A stretch of 64,000 nt of DNA from Vicugna vicugna (Eukaryota). The stretch is taken from the NCBI GenBank assembly GCA_013265495.1, contig MU058257.1, forward strand, positions 1 to 64,000, read 5' to 3'. Both the position numbers and the translations under genes were made by a program. Positions 63,150 to 64,000 of the stretch are shown here, one piece after another. The notes beneath the pieces are model-generated. The model searched no databases, had not been told where the DNA came from, and saw only the letters and a list, made by a program, of their open reading frames with translations. Each line of letters opens with the position of its first letter. The first letter of the stretch is position 1.

Positions 63150-63660
63150 CACAGTGGGTCGAGAGGGAGCCGCTCCAGGGTAGCGGCGGGGCTCTCGCTA
63201 AGCCCGCTGCAGCGAGGACCCTTTCGGTACCGCTCCCCCCGCCCCTCCCCTACGCAAACACTCAGCTCCTCCATCGCCAACGCCCCAGACCCCCAGGATC
63301 CTCACCACCAACAGGTTCCTGTCCTCCACCAGCTGCCGCTTCCGGAGGATTTCCGATTTCAGAATGTCCATCTTGCTGCCCGCGTTTAAGCTAGAGCTTC
63401 CCCTCTCCGGCTCCTAGAACCAAGCCCGCGCACCCAGCCAGCCGCCGCGAACCCACTACATGGAGCCAGCCCCACAACCGGACGACAACAACTGACAGAG
63501 GCCCCTTCCGGCGGAAGCCGGGGTGAGCGAGAGGACGGAGAAGAGCGCCCCAGAGGGCCTGCTGCTGACGAAGCCGCTGAGGATTAGCGCCCCCTGGCCG
63601 CGCCCTCCCGCGGCTCGCTTTTGGCTTCCACTGGTAGAGCGACGAACGACGGTGGACTGA
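63150..63660 (-). promoter_or_regulatory. PRPF18 CpG-island promoter with Inr-like TCAGTT (63495-63490) and inverted ETS pair CTTCCG-G-CGGAAG (63505-63517)
   Basis: High GC and CpG density around exon 1, no TATA box; motifs read directly from the sequence. Confidence 0.8.
63306..63371 (-). CDS. PRPF18: PRPF18 exon 1 (MDILKSEILRKRQLVEDRNLLV)
   Basis: ATG in strong Kozak context (AAGATGG); donor GTG|GTGAGG; 66 nt; lies in a CpG island. Confidence 0.97.
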
Positions 63661-64000
63661 AACGGGAGTCTTCTGAAGCCATGCTGCATTTTTTAAAATA
63701 AGTTTGATACCTAAATCAACTATGGTTCAACTTTAAAAGAAGAAAAAAGTTATTGTACCTGCTTGTACTGCTAGTTCAGGTGCAAAAGCCTCAGCGCAAC
63801 ACCTCAATTATTGAATTAAGGCCAGATCCTTATACAAGAAGTTGACATCAGAGTTCCTGAAGTTACCTGCTTGTCAAAATTTATGTGCTAGAGTGAGAAA
63901 CCCAGAACAATAATACCAACTCATAAGTACAGAGTGAAAGACGTTCATTGCTAGCCTGTGGGATTTCATGTCAACTTAGGCAACTGGATCCATTTAAGTC

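Overview
Mammalian genomic DNA, very likely camelid (alpaca/llama/camel), judged from six tRNA-derived SINEs of the camelid Vic-1 type. Two genes converge tail to tail. On the + strand is the 3' end of FRMD4A: the end of a large CpG-rich exon, two small coding exons, and a terminal exon with a 3' UTR of about 3.1 kb ending near 16760. On the - strand is the complete 10-exon PRPF18 gene (342 aa, ATG at 63371, stop at 23125) with its CpG-island promoter. The last FRMD4A intron holds a decayed class I endogenous retrovirus of about 5.6 kb with LTR, PPT, env-TM, integrase C-terminus, gag-MA and PBS remnants, plus an inverted second internal fragment. The rest is L1, L2, MIR, LTR and DNA-transposon debris. 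Most notable observations: (1) a 72-nt stop-containing FRMD4A cassette exon that would switch a hidden in-frame C-terminal tail ending in a PDZ-binding motif (KPGTLV) on or off; (2) a 27-nt in-frame PRPF18 microexon candidate with downstream RBFOX motifs; (3) a start-stop uORF in the PRPF18 leader; (4) two neighbouring SINEs with separate TSDs that share an odd sequence, suggesting gene conversion. Gene and repeat names come from recalled sequences, not database searches. No wholly new gene system is supported by the sequence.
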